Sequence record: NC_019399.1
Direction: 5' to 3' (one strand)
Origin: Escherichia phage vB_EcoM_ACG-C40
DNA length: 64,000 nt
Numbering within the stretch: position 1 is the stretch's first letter; each line of letters begins with the position of its first letter. A program made the position numbers and the translations under genes. A model generated the notes under the pieces. The model did no database searches. It worked only from the letters and a program-made list of their open reading frames with translations, and was not told the DNA's origin. This document shows, in pieces, positions 7,287 through 19,700 of the stretch.

Positions 7287-7983
<697 letters not shown>

Positions 7984-7984
<1 letters not shown>

Positions 7985-8709
7985 TATAGTACCTTTAGTG
8001 TATTTTTAATTTTAGAAAAAAGTTCTTCAAGAGAACCATCGTTTGTAATTACTAAATCGCCATCACGAATTGGCAATCCAGCTTCTGTAATATGTGTATC
8101 ATTGGATTTTTGACCAGGACGAACTACATGAATTACTGTAGCACCCATCGCCCTAGCCGCATCCATTTCATGATCTTGACGAGTATCAGGAACGATATAA
8201 TAATCATAACCTGAGTTAAATTTATCAAGATAATCTAAAGCAAATAATTTTACCCAGTACATGCGGTCGAAGTTATTAACAATCAAATCCGTACCTAGGG
8301 CTTGCATCAGACGACGGACTGACCATTGATCTTCAATATTATTTATAACGTCAATAATCTTGTTAAATGCTACGGAATTAACTGATTCTTGTCCTTCGTC
8401 ATCAAAAACAAACACACCCTTAATTGGGCTTTTACCATTAAGATAGCAAAATGCTTGTTCCATAATCGTGATTACTTCTAATTTAGTCAGATTTAAATTA
8501 GTTTCACGATCATAGTCAATTCCTTCAAACTCTTTACGAGTTAAGCAAGGATAGTCAGTGTTTGCTGCAAATACGCCCCATGCATAAGCCAATGCATCCT
8601 TAATAGGACCTGCAAGTTGGTATTTAACTGCAGAATAATTGCTCATGATAAAATCAGCAGTAGTATCTTTTCCACTACGCTTTACACCGCTTAAAAAGAT
8701 TAGTTTCAT
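7984..8709 (-). CDS. 1: gp1 deoxynucleoside monophosphate kinase
   Basis: P-loop GVKRSGKDT; start placed at ATG 8709 (MKLIFLSG...) after GAGGAG RBS; the listed ORF begins 13 codons upstream. Confidence 0.85.
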
Positions 8710-8758
8710 GTGTTTCTCCTCAAATTTAATTAAGATTATAACACACAAAACTGAAGCA

Positions 8759-9289
8759 TTAAACTTCCGCTATAATTTTTCCATCTTTTTCTACTTGAAA
8801 ATACGTATAAGGAATCGTTGCAGTACATACTAAAGCCGGGTCTGAATCTTCTGTGTAGCTAAATTCTACTTCAGACAGGTCAGAAACCCAAGGCTTATAA
8901 AAATTTATTGACATCACGATTTCAGTTTTGCTATTATCTAAGATGTAAAGCGTAATGTACTCAGGACCTGTTTTTTGGGCAGTATTTTCACCTGTAAGAT
9001 AGTTGCTAGTTCCTAGCATCCATTCATACATTCCTATCCATGACTTAAGTTCTTCATCAACTATAAATCTCACGATGAGTGGATCGTACTCAAATGTAGC
9101 ACCTGGACGTTGTGCTCGGCCCAGTCCAAACGGCCCAGTCACGGTATCAGTAACAGGTATTCTAATTCCTGGAATAGGAACTGACTGAGCATTTAAAGTA
9201 AAAGCAGATGTAGTATTACTATGTGGTATTGATACTACAAAGTTAGTTGTATTTGCTTGGTTAAAAATTTGTTGCAGTGCTTGCGACAT
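8759..9289 (-). CDS. 3: gp3 tail completion / sheath stabiliser
   Basis: Start placed at ATG 9289 (MSQALQQIF...) after GAGGA RBS, giving 176 aa. Confidence 0.8.
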   Translation of the reverse strand: MSQALQQIFNQANTTNFVVSIPHSNTTSAFTLNAQSVPIPGIRIPVTDTVTGPFGLGRAQRPGATFEYDPLIVRFIVDEELKSWIGMYEWMLGTSNYLTGENTAQKTGPEYITLYILDNSKTEIVMSINFYKPWVSDLSEVEFSYTEDSDPALVCTATIPYTYFQVEKDGKIIAEV

Positions 9290-9395
9290 ATATTCCTCAT
9301 AATGCTTTATAACTGTTGGTGGTATAATGGGTCTAAGTCCCTTCCATTCAATTCCATTTAGAACAAACAACAGAAAAGAATGGAAGATAATAGAA

Positions 9396-10220
9396 TTAGA
9401 TATTTGACCAGACTTTGTTTGCAGAGAAACGTTTTCCTTTTGAAACGAACTGCTGAAGTGGCATTAACACAACGTTCGCCCAGTCTTTCGGGGCGATTTC
9501 AACAAGGCTACCCATAATATTACCAGGTATATATGCCTTAATCATTTGGTCTGCACCCCTAAATCCTTTCACTTGACTCCAATCAATTTTTAATTTCGTT
9601 TTATTAGTAATAGTAGGTGTATTTGCATATTGCTTTAAAAGCTCTTCTAGAAACTGTTGACGAGCTTTAGGTGGAATATAGTGCAAGTTTAATCCGTACA
9701 TTAAATTGTGCTTACCTAAACCAAGGTAAATTATCAAAGGAAATTTATCCCAGTAAGGAAGAGTTTCCTTGTGTTTAGCATCATAAGCAAAAGCATATAT
9801 TCGTCCCGGCTGCGGGCGAACAACTTTATGTCCTTTTACTTGCTTAATAGTTTCAGCAAACCATTTTCTAGTTTTATTATTAATTGCTGCGCCTTCATTA
9901 CGAATTTTATCACGCAATGTTTGTCTGAATGAATTTATCATAAGCAGTTGTCTTTCTTGCTTATTGAGTTTATTCATTGGTTTTGATTCAAGCTTTTGAA
10001 TCTTTTCAGCTGTTTTAATTCCTGAAGCATATTTTGACATTGCTGAAGTAAACGTAGAGTATTTAATTCCTCTTTCTTCAGCAAATTGCTTTCCTGTCAT
10101 TCCTTTTGCTTTGGCCTTTTTATATTCAAGACCTATCTGAATCCATTTCTTTTCGTTTAATGATTGCTTAACCTTTGGAACTTGGGGAGTGCTTTCATTA
10201 ATTATTTGAAAAATAGCCAT
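9396..10220 (-). CDS. 2: gp2 DNA end protector
   Basis: 274-aa ORF in the T4 position between 3 and 4. Confidence 0.8.
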
Positions 10221-10672
10221 TATGCCCCCTTAAAGCCAAGAGCTCGTAATCCATCTTCTGTTAGAATTCTAAATTTTATTCCACGCTTTTCAGCTAAAGA
10301 TTGTGCTGCTTTCCATTTATCAGTGTTCACAGACCAGGTATAAATTTCATTCATAAATCTTTTCTTCGCTGCGGTCGTTAGATGTGCTGGTTTAACTGGT
10401 GGTTGTGTTTCTTTTTTAGGTTTTATTTCAATAAAAAATTCTTGTCCAGAAGAATCTTTCATCCAAATATCCATGAAGTATCTACGTTTTTTCCCTTCTG
10501 CATTACAAAAATAAGGAATTACTGCTGTTTCACTACCCCATGCAATAATTTCTGGATTTTTATCTAACCATTCAAAAAAGAATTTTTCCCAATTTGATCT
10601 ATACGTAATTTTTTTAGGGTCACCTCTATACTTTGATATATTTTTAGGAACCCATTTTCCAGAATATGCCAT
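10220..10672 (-). CDS. 4: gp4 head completion protein
   Basis: 150-aa [24 protein letters not shown]...; T4 position and length. Confidence 0.85.
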
Positions 10673-10683
10673 TGGATTCTCCT

Positions 10684-10691
10684 TATAAATA
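10684..10691 (+). promoter_or_regulatory. T4-type late promoter (TATAAATA) for gene 53
   Basis: Exact TATAAATA about 29 nt upstream of the gene 53 ATG. Confidence 0.6.
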
Positions 10692-10698
10692 GATAATA

Positions 10699-10706
10699 TA
10701 TTTATA
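10699..10706 (-). promoter_or_regulatory. T4-type late promoter (TATAAATA on minus strand) for gene 4
   Basis: Plus-strand TATTTATA about 27 nt upstream of the gene 4 start. Confidence 0.5.
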
Positions 10707-10719
10707 AACAGGAGGGCCC

Positions 10720-11310
10720 ATGCTCTTTACATTTTTTGATCCGATTGAATATGCGGCCAAAACGGTGAATAAAAACGCGCCGACTATTCCTATGACAGAT
10801 ATTTTTAGAAACTATAAAGACTATTTTAAGCGTGCTCTTGCGGGATATCGCTTACGTACTTATTACATTAAAGGTTCACCACGCCCGGAAGAATTAGCAA
10901 ATGCTATATATGGAAATCCACAGCTGTATTGGGTTTTATTGATGTGTAATGATAATTATGACCCGTATTATGGATGGATTACTTCACAAGAAGCTGCTTA
11001 TCAAGCATCTATACAAAAATACAAAAACGTAGGTGGAGACCAGATAGTATATCATGTGAATGAGAACGGTGAAAAATTTTATAATTTAATATCATACGAT
11101 GATAATCCATATGTTTGGTATGATAAAGGCGATAAAGCTAGAAAATATCCTCAATATGAAGGAGCACTTGCTGCGGTCGATACGTATGAAGCGGCTGTTC
11201 TTGAAAATGAAAAACTTCGTCAAATAAAAATAATAGCAAAATCAGACATCAATTCATTTATGAACGACCTTATACGTATAATGGAGAAATCTTATGGAAA
11301 TGATAAGTAA
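10720..11310 (+). CDS. 53: gp53 baseplate wedge protein
   Basis: 196-aa ORF with GGAGG RBS; T4 position. Confidence 0.9.
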   Translation: MLFTFFDPIEYAAKTVNKNAPTIPMTDIFRNYKDYFKRALAGYRLRTYYIKGSPRPEELANAIYGNPQLYWVLLMCNDNYDPYYGWITSQEAAYQASIQKYKNVGGDQIVYHVNENGEKFYNLISYDDNPYVWYDKGDKARKYPQYEGALAAVDTYEAAVLENEKLRQIKIIAKSDINSFMNDLIRIMEKSYGNDK

Positions 11311-13024
11311 TAACCTCAACTGGTTTGTTGGTGTTGTTGAAGATAGAATGGACCCATTAAAATTAGGTCGTGTTCGTGTTCGTGTGGTTGGTTTGCATCC
11401 ACCTCAAAGAGCACAAGGTGATGTAATGGGTATTCCAACTGAAAAATTACCATGGATGTCAGTTATTCAACCTATAACTTCTGCAGCAATGTCTGGAATT
11501 GGAGGTTCTGTTACTGGACCGGTAGAAGGAACTAGAGTTTATGGTCATTTTTTAGACAAATGGAAAACTAACGGAATTGTCCTTGGCACGTATGGTGGAA
11601 TAGTTCGCGAAAAACCGAATAGACTTGAAGGATTTTCTGACCCAACTGGGCAATATCCTAGACGTTTAGGAAATGACACGAACGTACTAAACCAAGGCGG
11701 AGAAGTAGGATATGATTCGTCTTCTAACATTATCCAAGATAGTAACTTAGACACCGCAATAAATCCCGATGATAGACCACTATCAGAGATTCCAACCGAT
11801 GATAATCCAAATATGTCAATGGCTGAAATGCTTCGCCGTGATGAAGGATTAAGACTAAAAGTTTATTGGGATACAGAAGGATATCCGACAATTGGTATTG
11901 GTCATCTTATCATGAAGCAGCCAGTTCGTGATATGAACCAAATTAATAAAGTTTTATCAAAACAAGTTGGTCGTGAAATTACCGGAAATCCAGGTTCTAT
12001 TACAATGGAAGAAGCGGTAACTTTATTTGAACGCGATTTGGCTGATATGCAACGTGACATTAAATCACATTCTAAAGTAGGACCAGTCTGGCAAGCTGTC
12101 AACCGTTCTCGTCAAATGGCATTAGAAAATATGGCATTTCAGATGGGTGTTGGTGGTGTAGCTAAATTTAACACAATGTTAACTGCTATGTTAGCCGGAG
12201 ATTGGGAAAAAGCATATAAAGCTGGTCGTGATTCATTGTGGTATCAACAAACAAAAGGCCGTGCATCCCGTGTTACCATGATTATTCTTACCGGAAATTT
12301 GGAATCATATGGTGTTGAAGTGAAAACTCCGGCTAGGTCTTTATCGGCAATGGCTGCGACTGCAGCTAAATCTTCTGACCCTGCTGACCCTCCTATTCCA
12401 AATGACTCGAGAATTTTATTCAAAGAACCAGTTTCTTCATATAAAGGCGAATATCCTTATGTGCATACAATGGAAACTGAAAGCGGACATATTCAGGAAT
12501 TTGATGATACTCCTGGGCAAGAACGATACAGATTAGTTCATCCGACTGGAACTTATGAAGAAGTATCACCGTCAGGAAGAAGAACAAGAAAAACTGTCGA
12601 TAATTTGTATGATATAACCAACGCTGATGGTAATTTTTTGGTAGCCGGTGATAAAAAGACTAACGTCGGTGGATCAGAAATTTATTACAACATGGATAAT
12701 CGTCTTCACCAAATAGATGGAAGCAATACAATATTTGTACGTGGAGACGAAACGAAAACTGTTGAAGGTAATGGAACTATCCTAGTCAAAGGTAATGTTA
12801 CTATTGTAGTTGAAGGTAATGCTGACATTACAGTTAAAGGAGATGCTACCACTTTAGTTGAAGGAAATCAAACTAACACAGTAAATGGAAATCTTTCTTG
12901 GAAAGTTGCTGGGACAGTTGATTGGGACGTTGGTGGTGATTGGACAGAAAAAATGGCATCTATGAGTTCTATTTCATCTGGTCAATACACAATTGATGGT
13001 AGCCGTATAGACGTAGGTTTATAA
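11294..13024 (+). CDS. 5: gp5 baseplate hub / tail lysozyme with C-terminal beta-helix spike
   Basis: 576 aa; lysozyme core DTEGYPTIGIGHL; C-terminal VxGxxxxx repeats. Confidence 0.95.
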   Translation: MEMISNNLNWFVGVVEDRMDPLKLGRVRVRVVGLHPPQRAQGDVMGIPTEKLPWMSVIQPITSAAMSGIGGSVTGPVEGTRVYGHFLDKWKTNGIVLGTYGGIVREKPNRLEGFSDPTGQYPRRLGNDTNVLNQGGEVGYDSSSNIIQDSNLDTAINPDDRPLSEIPTDDNPNMSMAEMLRRDEGLRLKVYWDTEGYPTIGIGHLIMKQPVRDMNQINKVLSKQVGREITGNPGSITMEEAVTLFERDLADMQRDIKSHSKVGPVWQAVNRSRQMALENMAFQMGVGGVAKFNTMLTAMLAGDWEKAYKAGRDSLWYQQTKGRASRVTMIILTGNLESYGVEVKTPARSLSAMAATAAKSSDPADPPIPNDSRILFKEPVSSYKGEYPYVHTMETESGHIQEFDDTPGQERYRLVHPTGTYEEVSPSGRRTRKTVDNLYDITNADGNFLVAGDKKTNVGGSEIYYNMDNRLHQIDGSNTIFVRGDETKTVEGNGTILVKGNVTIVVEGNADITVKGDATTLVEGNQTNTVNGNLSWKVAGTVDWDVGGDWTEKMASMSSISSGQYTIDGSRIDVGL

Positions 13025-13027
13025 ATA
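13020..13027 (+). promoter_or_regulatory. late promoter (TATAAATA) overlapping the gene 5 stop codon
   Basis: Exact TATAAATA 17 nt upstream of the endonuclease ATG at 13044. Confidence 0.5.
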
Positions 13028-13043
13028 ATTCCAGAGGTGAATT

Positions 13044-13910
13044 ATGAAAAAATCTAACACAGTTCAATTTAGATACATATATAAAACAACCGTTACTAAT
13101 CCGAAAGGATTAGTACGGGTTTATATTGGTAAACATGAATCTAGATATTTTGATTTAGAAAATGATAAGTATAGAGGTTCCGGTGATTATATTAAAAAGA
13201 TACGTAATAAACCTGGTTATAAAATAGATTTTGAAATAATTGAATTTGTTTCTACTTATGAAATTCTCAATTCAAGAGAAAGATATTGGATTTCGAAATA
13301 TAAATCATCTGATATTCTATGTACCAATATAAAATCCGGCGGTGATGGTTTTTCATCCGAAGATTTGAAGAGAATGTGGTCTAATCCTGAATATAGGAAA
13401 GCTCAATTGAAGGCATTAGCTAAATCAACGTCAACTAAAGAATTTTCAGAGAAAATATCTAAAATAAACAAAGAAAGATGCGCATCGCCAGAATATCGAA
13501 AGAAAATGAGTAATGCGATGAAAACTGCTTTTGAAAATGATCCAACATTAAAAATTCGTATTTCTAATACCGTTAAATCTTTATGGAAATCCGATGAATA
13601 TAGAAACAAATTAATCAATCATCCAGGAAAAATAGAAGGAACGAAACAATCATGGAATGATCCTTTGATAAGAAAATCGAGATTAGATGCTAGAAATAAA
13701 AAACTAAGATCAGTTGAACCTTGGATTAGTATAGAAAAAGTCAAAAAACTTTGGGAGGATTTGGGAAAACCACATCCACAGAAATACAAATGGTTTAGAG
13801 AAAAAGCAATTGAACACGACCTCCCGGATGTAAGTTATAACGCAATTTTAAAAGCGTTGAAAAAATGTGATTATAAATTTACATCATTAGAGAATTCAAC
13901 AATTGGCTAA
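13044..13910 (+). CDS. GIY-YIG homing endonuclease (Seg-like) with four C-terminal repeats
   Basis: N-terminal FRYIYK...VYIGKH...YRGSG...RERYWISKY; repeats WSNPEYRK / SPEYRKK / KSDEYRNK / NDPLIRK. Confidence 0.7.
   Translation: MKKSNTVQFRYIYKTTVTNPKGLVRVYIGKHESRYFDLENDKYRGSGDYIKKIRNKPGYKIDFEIIEFVSTYEILNSRERYWISKYKSSDILCTNIKSGGDGFSSEDLKRMWSNPEYRKAQLKALAKSTSTKEFSEKISKINKERCASPEYRKKMSNAMKTAFENDPTLKIRISNTVKSLWKSDEYRNKLINHPGKIEGTKQSWNDPLIRKSRLDARNKKLRSVEPWISIEKVKKLWEDLGKPHPQKYKWFREKAIEHDLPDVSYNAILKALKKCDYKFTSLENSTIG
13044..13910 (+). mobile_element. freestanding homing-endonuclease gene between gene 5 and the 5.4/6 block
   Basis: GIY-YIG ORF flanked by conserved structural genes. Confidence 0.5.
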
Positions 13911-14439
13911 TATACTTCCAATGAGCGCTGATTTAGGAGAATCCATGGAAGGTTCTTCTATCGACGTCACCTTTACCGCTCAATTAGAAACAGGTGAAAC
14001 GTTAGTATCTATAAATATAACTAGTTACGAAGAAACTCCTGGGGTTTTAGTAGAAGAAAATCGCTTATACGGAACATATGAATCTGTGTTTGGATTTGGA
14101 AATGACGCGTTGAAATATCGTTTAGGCGATGAATTTAAAACTGCTGCTTCATGGGAAGAACTTCCTACTGATTCTGATACTCAGTTGTATTTATGGAAAG
14201 CTCCTCAAAACCTCCAGAAGACATTCACTTACGAAGTAACATTAATATATGACTACCAAGAACAAAGTGAATCTGGAGGTTCTGGCAGTAATTCTAGGTC
14301 ATCTTCTGATACTACTGAACCGACAGATCCTCCTGCTCCAGTAAGAAAAACTCTCGTTAAAAATTATACTAAAACTATAGTTGGAAATTGGAGTCGTTGG
14401 GCTAATAAATTAAGAAGCTATGTGTATGAGAGGTCATAG
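13903..14439 (+). CDS. hypothetical protein; acidic N-half, Ser/Gly-rich linker
   Basis: 178-aa ORF; a stronger RBS (AGGAGAA) precedes the internal ATG at 13945. Confidence 0.55.
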   Translation: MANILPMSADLGESMEGSSIDVTFTAQLETGETLVSINITSYEETPGVLVEENRLYGTYESVFGFGNDALKYRLGDEFKTAASWEELPTDSDTQLYLWKAPQNLQKTFTYEVTLIYDYQEQSESGGSGSNSRSSSDTTEPTDPPAPVRKTLVKNYTKTIVGNWSRWANKLRSYVYERS

Positions 14440-14733
14440 ATGTCAGGATTAAGTTATGATAAATGTGTTACTGCTGGTCATGAAGCATGGCCTCCAACAG
14501 TTGTGAATGCTACACAAAGTAAAGTATTCACTGGAGGAATTGCTGTTCTCGTAGCAGGTGATCTAATTACAGAACATACAGAAATTAAAAAGCCATATGA
14601 AACACATGGCGGAGTGACACAACCCAGAACTTCTAAGGTATATGTCACTGGAAAGAAAGCTGTTCAAATGGCTGATCCAATATCATGCGGTGATACTGTG
14701 GCTCAGGCATCATCTAAAGTATTCATTAAATAG
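14440..14733 (+). CDS. 5.4: gp5.4 PAAR-like spike tip protein
   Basis: 97-aa ORF directly upstream of gene 6; T4 gp5.4 length. Confidence 0.8.
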   Translation: MSGLSYDKCVTAGHEAWPPTVVNATQSKVFTGGIAVLVAGDLITEHTEIKKPYETHGGVTQPRTSKVYVTGKKAVQMADPISCGDTVAQASSKVFIK

Positions 14734-14741
14734 GATTTAAA

Positions 14742-16724
14742 ATGGCAAATACCCCTGTAAATTATCAATTAACAAGAACAGCAAATGCTATTCCCGAGAT
14801 ATTCGTCGGGGGTACGTTTGCTGAAATAAAACAAAACCTCATTGAATGGCTTAATGGCCAAAATGAATTTTTGGATTATGATTTTGAAGGCTCAAGATTA
14901 AACGTTCTGTGTGACCTTTTAGCTTATAATACATTGTACATTCAACAGTTTGGTAATGCTGCTGTGTATGAAAGCTTTATGCGTACTGCTAACTTACGAA
15001 GTTCAGTTGTTCAAGCTGCACAAGATAACGGATATTTACCTACTTCAAAATCCGCTGCGCAGACCGAAATTATGTTAACATGCACCGACGCATTGAATAG
15101 GAATTACATTACTATTCCTCGCGGAACTCGCTTTTTAGCATATGCAAAAGATACTTCTGTTAATCCATATAACTTCGTTTCTACCGAAGACGTTATTGCT
15201 ATTCGTGATAAAAATAACCAATATTTTCCGCGTTTAAAATTGGCCCAGGGACGTATAGTAAGAACTGAAATCATTTATGATAAATTAACACCTATTATCA
15301 TTTATGATAAAAATATTGATAGAAACCAGGTTAAATTATACGTTGATGGAGCAGAATGGATTAACTGGACAAGAAAGTCAATGGTTCATGCTGGTTCTAC
15401 ATCGACAATTTACTACATGCGTGAAACTATTGATGGAAATACTGAATTCTATTTTGGTGAAGGTGAAATTTCTGTTAATGCTTCTGAAGGAGCTTTGACC
15501 GCTAATTATATCGGAGGTCTTAAACCTACTCAGAACTCTACGATTGTTATTGAGTACATCAGTACTAATGGTGCTGACGCGAACGGAGCAGTCGGATTTT
15601 CATACGCAGATACATTAACAAATATAACTGTCATCAATATTAATGAAAATCCAAACGATGACCCAGATTTTGTTGGGGCAGATGGCGGCGGTGATCCAGA
15701 AGATATTGAGCGTATCCGCGAATTGGGTACTATTAAACGCGAAACCCAGCAACGCTGCGTAACTGCGACTGACTATGATACATTCGTTTCAGAGAGATTT
15801 GGTTCTATTATTCAAGCAGTTCAGACTTTCACTGATTCTACTAAACCTGGTTATGCATTTATTGCTGCTAAACCTAAATCAGGTCTGTATTTAACTACTG
15901 TACAGCGTGAAGATATTAAAAATTATCTCAAAGACTATAATTTAGCTCCTATTACGCCATCAATTATTTCTCCTAATTATCTTTTTATTAAGACTAATTT
16001 AAAAGTCACATATGCTTTAAATAAGCTGCAAGAATCCGAACAGTGGCTCGAAGGTCAAATAATTGATAAAATTGATCGTTATTATACCGAAGACGTAGAA
16101 ATTTTTAATTCATCTTTCGCTAAATCTAAGATGTTGACATATGTAGATGATGCAGATCATTCTATCATTGGCTCATCCGCGACAATTCAAATTGTTCGTG
16201 AAGTACAAAACTTCTATAAAACGCCTGAAGCAGGTATTAAATACAATAATCAAATAAAAGATCGTTCTATGGAATCTAATACGTTTTCATTTAATTCTGG
16301 ACGAAAGGTTGTAAATCCTGATACTGGTTTAGAAGAAGATGTATTATATGACGTTCGCATAGTATCAACAGACCGAGATTCTAAAGGAATTGGTAAAGTT
16401 ATTATTGGTCCATTTGCTTCTGGCGATGTTACAGAAAATGAAAACATTCAGCCATATACAGGCAACGATTTTAACAAATTAGCAAATTCTGATGGACGCG
16501 ACAAATACTATGTTATCGGTGAAATAAATTATCCAGCTGATGTGATTTATTGGAATATCGCTAAAATTAATTTAACATCTGAAAAATTTGAAGTTCAGAC
16601 CATCGAATTATATTCTGACCCAACCGATGATGTTATCTTTACTCGCGACGGTTCACTGATTGTATTTGAAAATGACTTACGTCCACAATACTTAACTATC
16701 GATTTGGAGCCTATATCACAATGA
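14742..16724 (+). CDS. 6: gp6 baseplate wedge protein
   Basis: 660 aa; T4 order and length. Confidence 0.95.
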   Translation: MANTPVNYQLTRTANAIPEIFVGGTFAEIKQNLIEWLNGQNEFLDYDFEGSRLNVLCDLLAYNTLYIQQFGNAAVYESFMRTANLRSSVVQAAQDNGYLPTSKSAAQTEIMLTCTDALNRNYITIPRGTRFLAYAKDTSVNPYNFVSTEDVIAIRDKNNQYFPRLKLAQGRIVRTEIIYDKLTPIIIYDKNIDRNQVKLYVDGAEWINWTRKSMVHAGSTSTIYYMRETIDGNTEFYFGEGEISVNASEGALTANYIGGLKPTQNSTIVIEYISTNGADANGAVGFSYADTLTNITVININENPNDDPDFVGADGGGDPEDIERIRELGTIKRETQQRCVTATDYDTFVSERFGSIIQAVQTFTDSTKPGYAFIAAKPKSGLYLTTVQREDIKNYLKDYNLAPITPSIISPNYLFIKTNLKVTYALNKLQESEQWLEGQIIDKIDRYYTEDVEIFNSSFAKSKMLTYVDDADHSIIGSSATIQIVREVQNFYKTPEAGIKYNNQIKDRSMESNTFSFNSGRKVVNPDTGLEEDVLYDVRIVSTDRDSKGIGKVIIGPFASGDVTENENIQPYTGNDFNKLANSDGRDKYYVIGEINYPADVIYWNIAKINLTSEKFEVQTIELYSDPTDDVIFTRDGSLIVFENDLRPQYLTIDLEPISQ

Positions 16725-19700
16725 CAGTAAAAGCACCTTCAGTCACTAGTCTCAGAATTTCCAAGTTATCCGCAAATCAGGTGCAAGTACGCTGGGATGA
16801 CGTTGGTGCTAATTTCTACTATTTTGTAGAAATCGCTGAGACAAAAACGAACTCGGGGGAAAATCTCCCGAGTAATCAATACAGATGGATTAACTTAGGA
16901 TATACTGCAAATAACAGCTTCTTTTTTGACGATGCTGACCCATTGACATCATACATTATTAGAGTAGCTACAGCTGCACAAGATTTTGAGCAGTCTGATT
17001 GGATTTATACCGAAGAGTTTGAAACTTTTGCTACAAATGCTTATACATTTCAAAACATGATTGAAATGCAATTAGCTAATAAATTCATTCAGGAAAAATT
17101 TACTCTTAATAATTCTGACTATGTTAATTTTAATAATGACACTATAATGGCTGCATTGATGAATGAATCATTCCAATTCAGCCCATCATATGCTGATGTT
17201 TCATCAATAAGTAATTTTATTATTGGTGAAAATGAGTATCATGAAATACAAGGTTCTATTCAGCAAGTATGTAAGGATATTAATCGAGTTTATTTGATGG
17301 AATCAGAAGGGATTCTATATCTTTTTGAGCGTTATCAACCTGTAGTTAAAGTATCCAATGATAAAGGTCAAACCTGGAAAGCTGTAAAGCTCTTCAATGA
17401 CCGTGTAGGATATCCTTTATCTAAGACTGTATATTACCAATCTGCGAGCACAACATATGTTCTAGGATACGACAAGATTTTCTATGGCCGCAAATCGACT
17501 GACGTTAGATGGTCAGCAGATGATGTCAGATTCAGTTCGCAGGATATAACATTTGCTAAACTTGGCGACCAGTTACATTTAGGATTTGATGTAGAAATCT
17601 TTGGTACTTATGCGACTTTACCAGCGAATGTATATCGTATAGCTGAAGCCATTACTTGTACGGATGATTATATCTATGTTGTTGCCAGAGATAAAGTTAG
17701 ATATATAAAAACGAGCAATGCACCTATAGATTCTGATCCATTATCTCCAACATATTCGGAAAGGCTATTTGAATCTGATACAATGACTATAACTGGAAAT
17801 CCTAAAGCAGTATGCTATAAAATGGATTCTATTGGTGATAAAGTTTTTGCTCTTATTATCGGTGAAGTTGAAACATTAAATGCTAATCCTAGAACGTCAA
17901 AAATAATTGATTCTACTGATAAAGGAATATATGTTTTAAATCATGACACAAAAACGTGGAAAAGAGTTTTTGGCAACACTGAAGAAGAAAGAAGACGTAT
18001 TCAACCTGGGTATGCGAATATGTCAACTGATGGTAAATTAGTTTCTCTATCTTCGAGTAATTTTAAATTTTTAAATGATAACGTTGTTAATGACCCTGAA
18101 ACTGTAGCAAAATATCAGTTAATCGGTGCCGTTAAATATGAATTTCCTCGTGAATGGTTAGCTGATAAGCATTATCATATGATGGCATTTATAGCAGATG
18201 AAAAGTCTGATTGGGAAACTTTTACGCCTCAGCCAATGAAATACTACGCAGAACCGTTCTTTAATTGGTCTAAAAAATCTAACACACGCTGTTGGATAAA
18301 CAACTCTAATAGAGCTGTAGTAGTTTATGCTGATTTAAAATACACTAAAGTTATAGAAAATATTCCGGAAACATCACCAGATAGATTAGTTCATGAATAC
18401 TGGGATGATGGTGATTGTACGATAGTAATGCCAAATGTTAAATTCACGGGATTTAAAAAATATGCGTCTGGGATGCTTTTTTATAAATCTTCTGGTGAAA
18501 TAATTTCTTATTATGATTTTAACTATCGTGTGAGAGATACAGTAGAAATTATTTGGAAGCCGACTGGAGTATTTTTAAAAGCATTTTTACAAAACCAAGA
18601 GCATGAGACTCCTTGGTCGCCAGAAGAAGAGCATGGATTAGCTGACCCTGATTTAAGACCATTAATTGGCACAATGATGCCTGATTCTTATTTGTTGCAG
18701 GATTCGAATTTTGAGGCATTTTGTGAAGCATATATTCAATATCTTTCTGACGGATACGGAACTCAGTATAATAATTTACGAAATTTAATTCGTAATCAGT
18801 ATCCACGAGAAGAGCATGCGTGGGAATATTTGTGGTCAGAGATATATAAAAGAAACATTTATTTAAATGCTGACAAACGTGATGCTGTTGCAAGATTTTT
18901 TGAATCACGTAGTTATGATTTTTATTCTACTAAAGGAATTGAAGCATCATACAAATTTCTTTTTAAAGTTCTTTATAATGAAGAAGTTGAAATTGAAATT
19001 GAATCTGGAGCTGGTACTGAATATGATATAATCGTTCAATCTGATTCTTTGACTGAGGATTTAGTAGGACAAACGATTTATACAGCTACAGGAAGATGTA
19101 ATGTTACTTATATAGAAAGAAGTTATTCTAATGGTAAATTGCAATGGACCGTGACTATACATAATCTTTTGGGGCGTTTAATAGCAGGGCAAGAAGTTAA
19201 AGCAGAAAGACTTCCTAGTTTTGAAGGCGAAATTATTCGTGGGGTTAAAGGAAAGGATTTGCTTCAAAATAATATAGACTATATTAATAGAAGTCGATCA
19301 TATTATGTAATGAAAATTAAATCCAATTTACCTTCTTCTCGTTGGAAATCTGACGTTATTCGTTTTGTTCATCCAGTAGGATTTGGATTTATAGCAATCA
19401 CGCTTTTAACTATGTTTATTAATGTCGGTTTAACTCTTAAACACACAGAGACAATAATTAATAAATATAAAAACTACAAATGGGATTCTGGATTGCCTAC
19501 TGAATATGCTGATAGAGTAGCTAAATTAACTCCAACTGGCGAAATTGAACATGATTCAGTAACAGGAGAAGCAATTTATGAACCTGGCCCAATGGCTGGT
19601 GTAAAATATCCTCTTCCTGATGACTATAATGCTGAAAATAATAATTCAATATTTCAAGGTCAATTGCCTTCTGAACGACGCAAGTTAATGAGTCCTCTAT

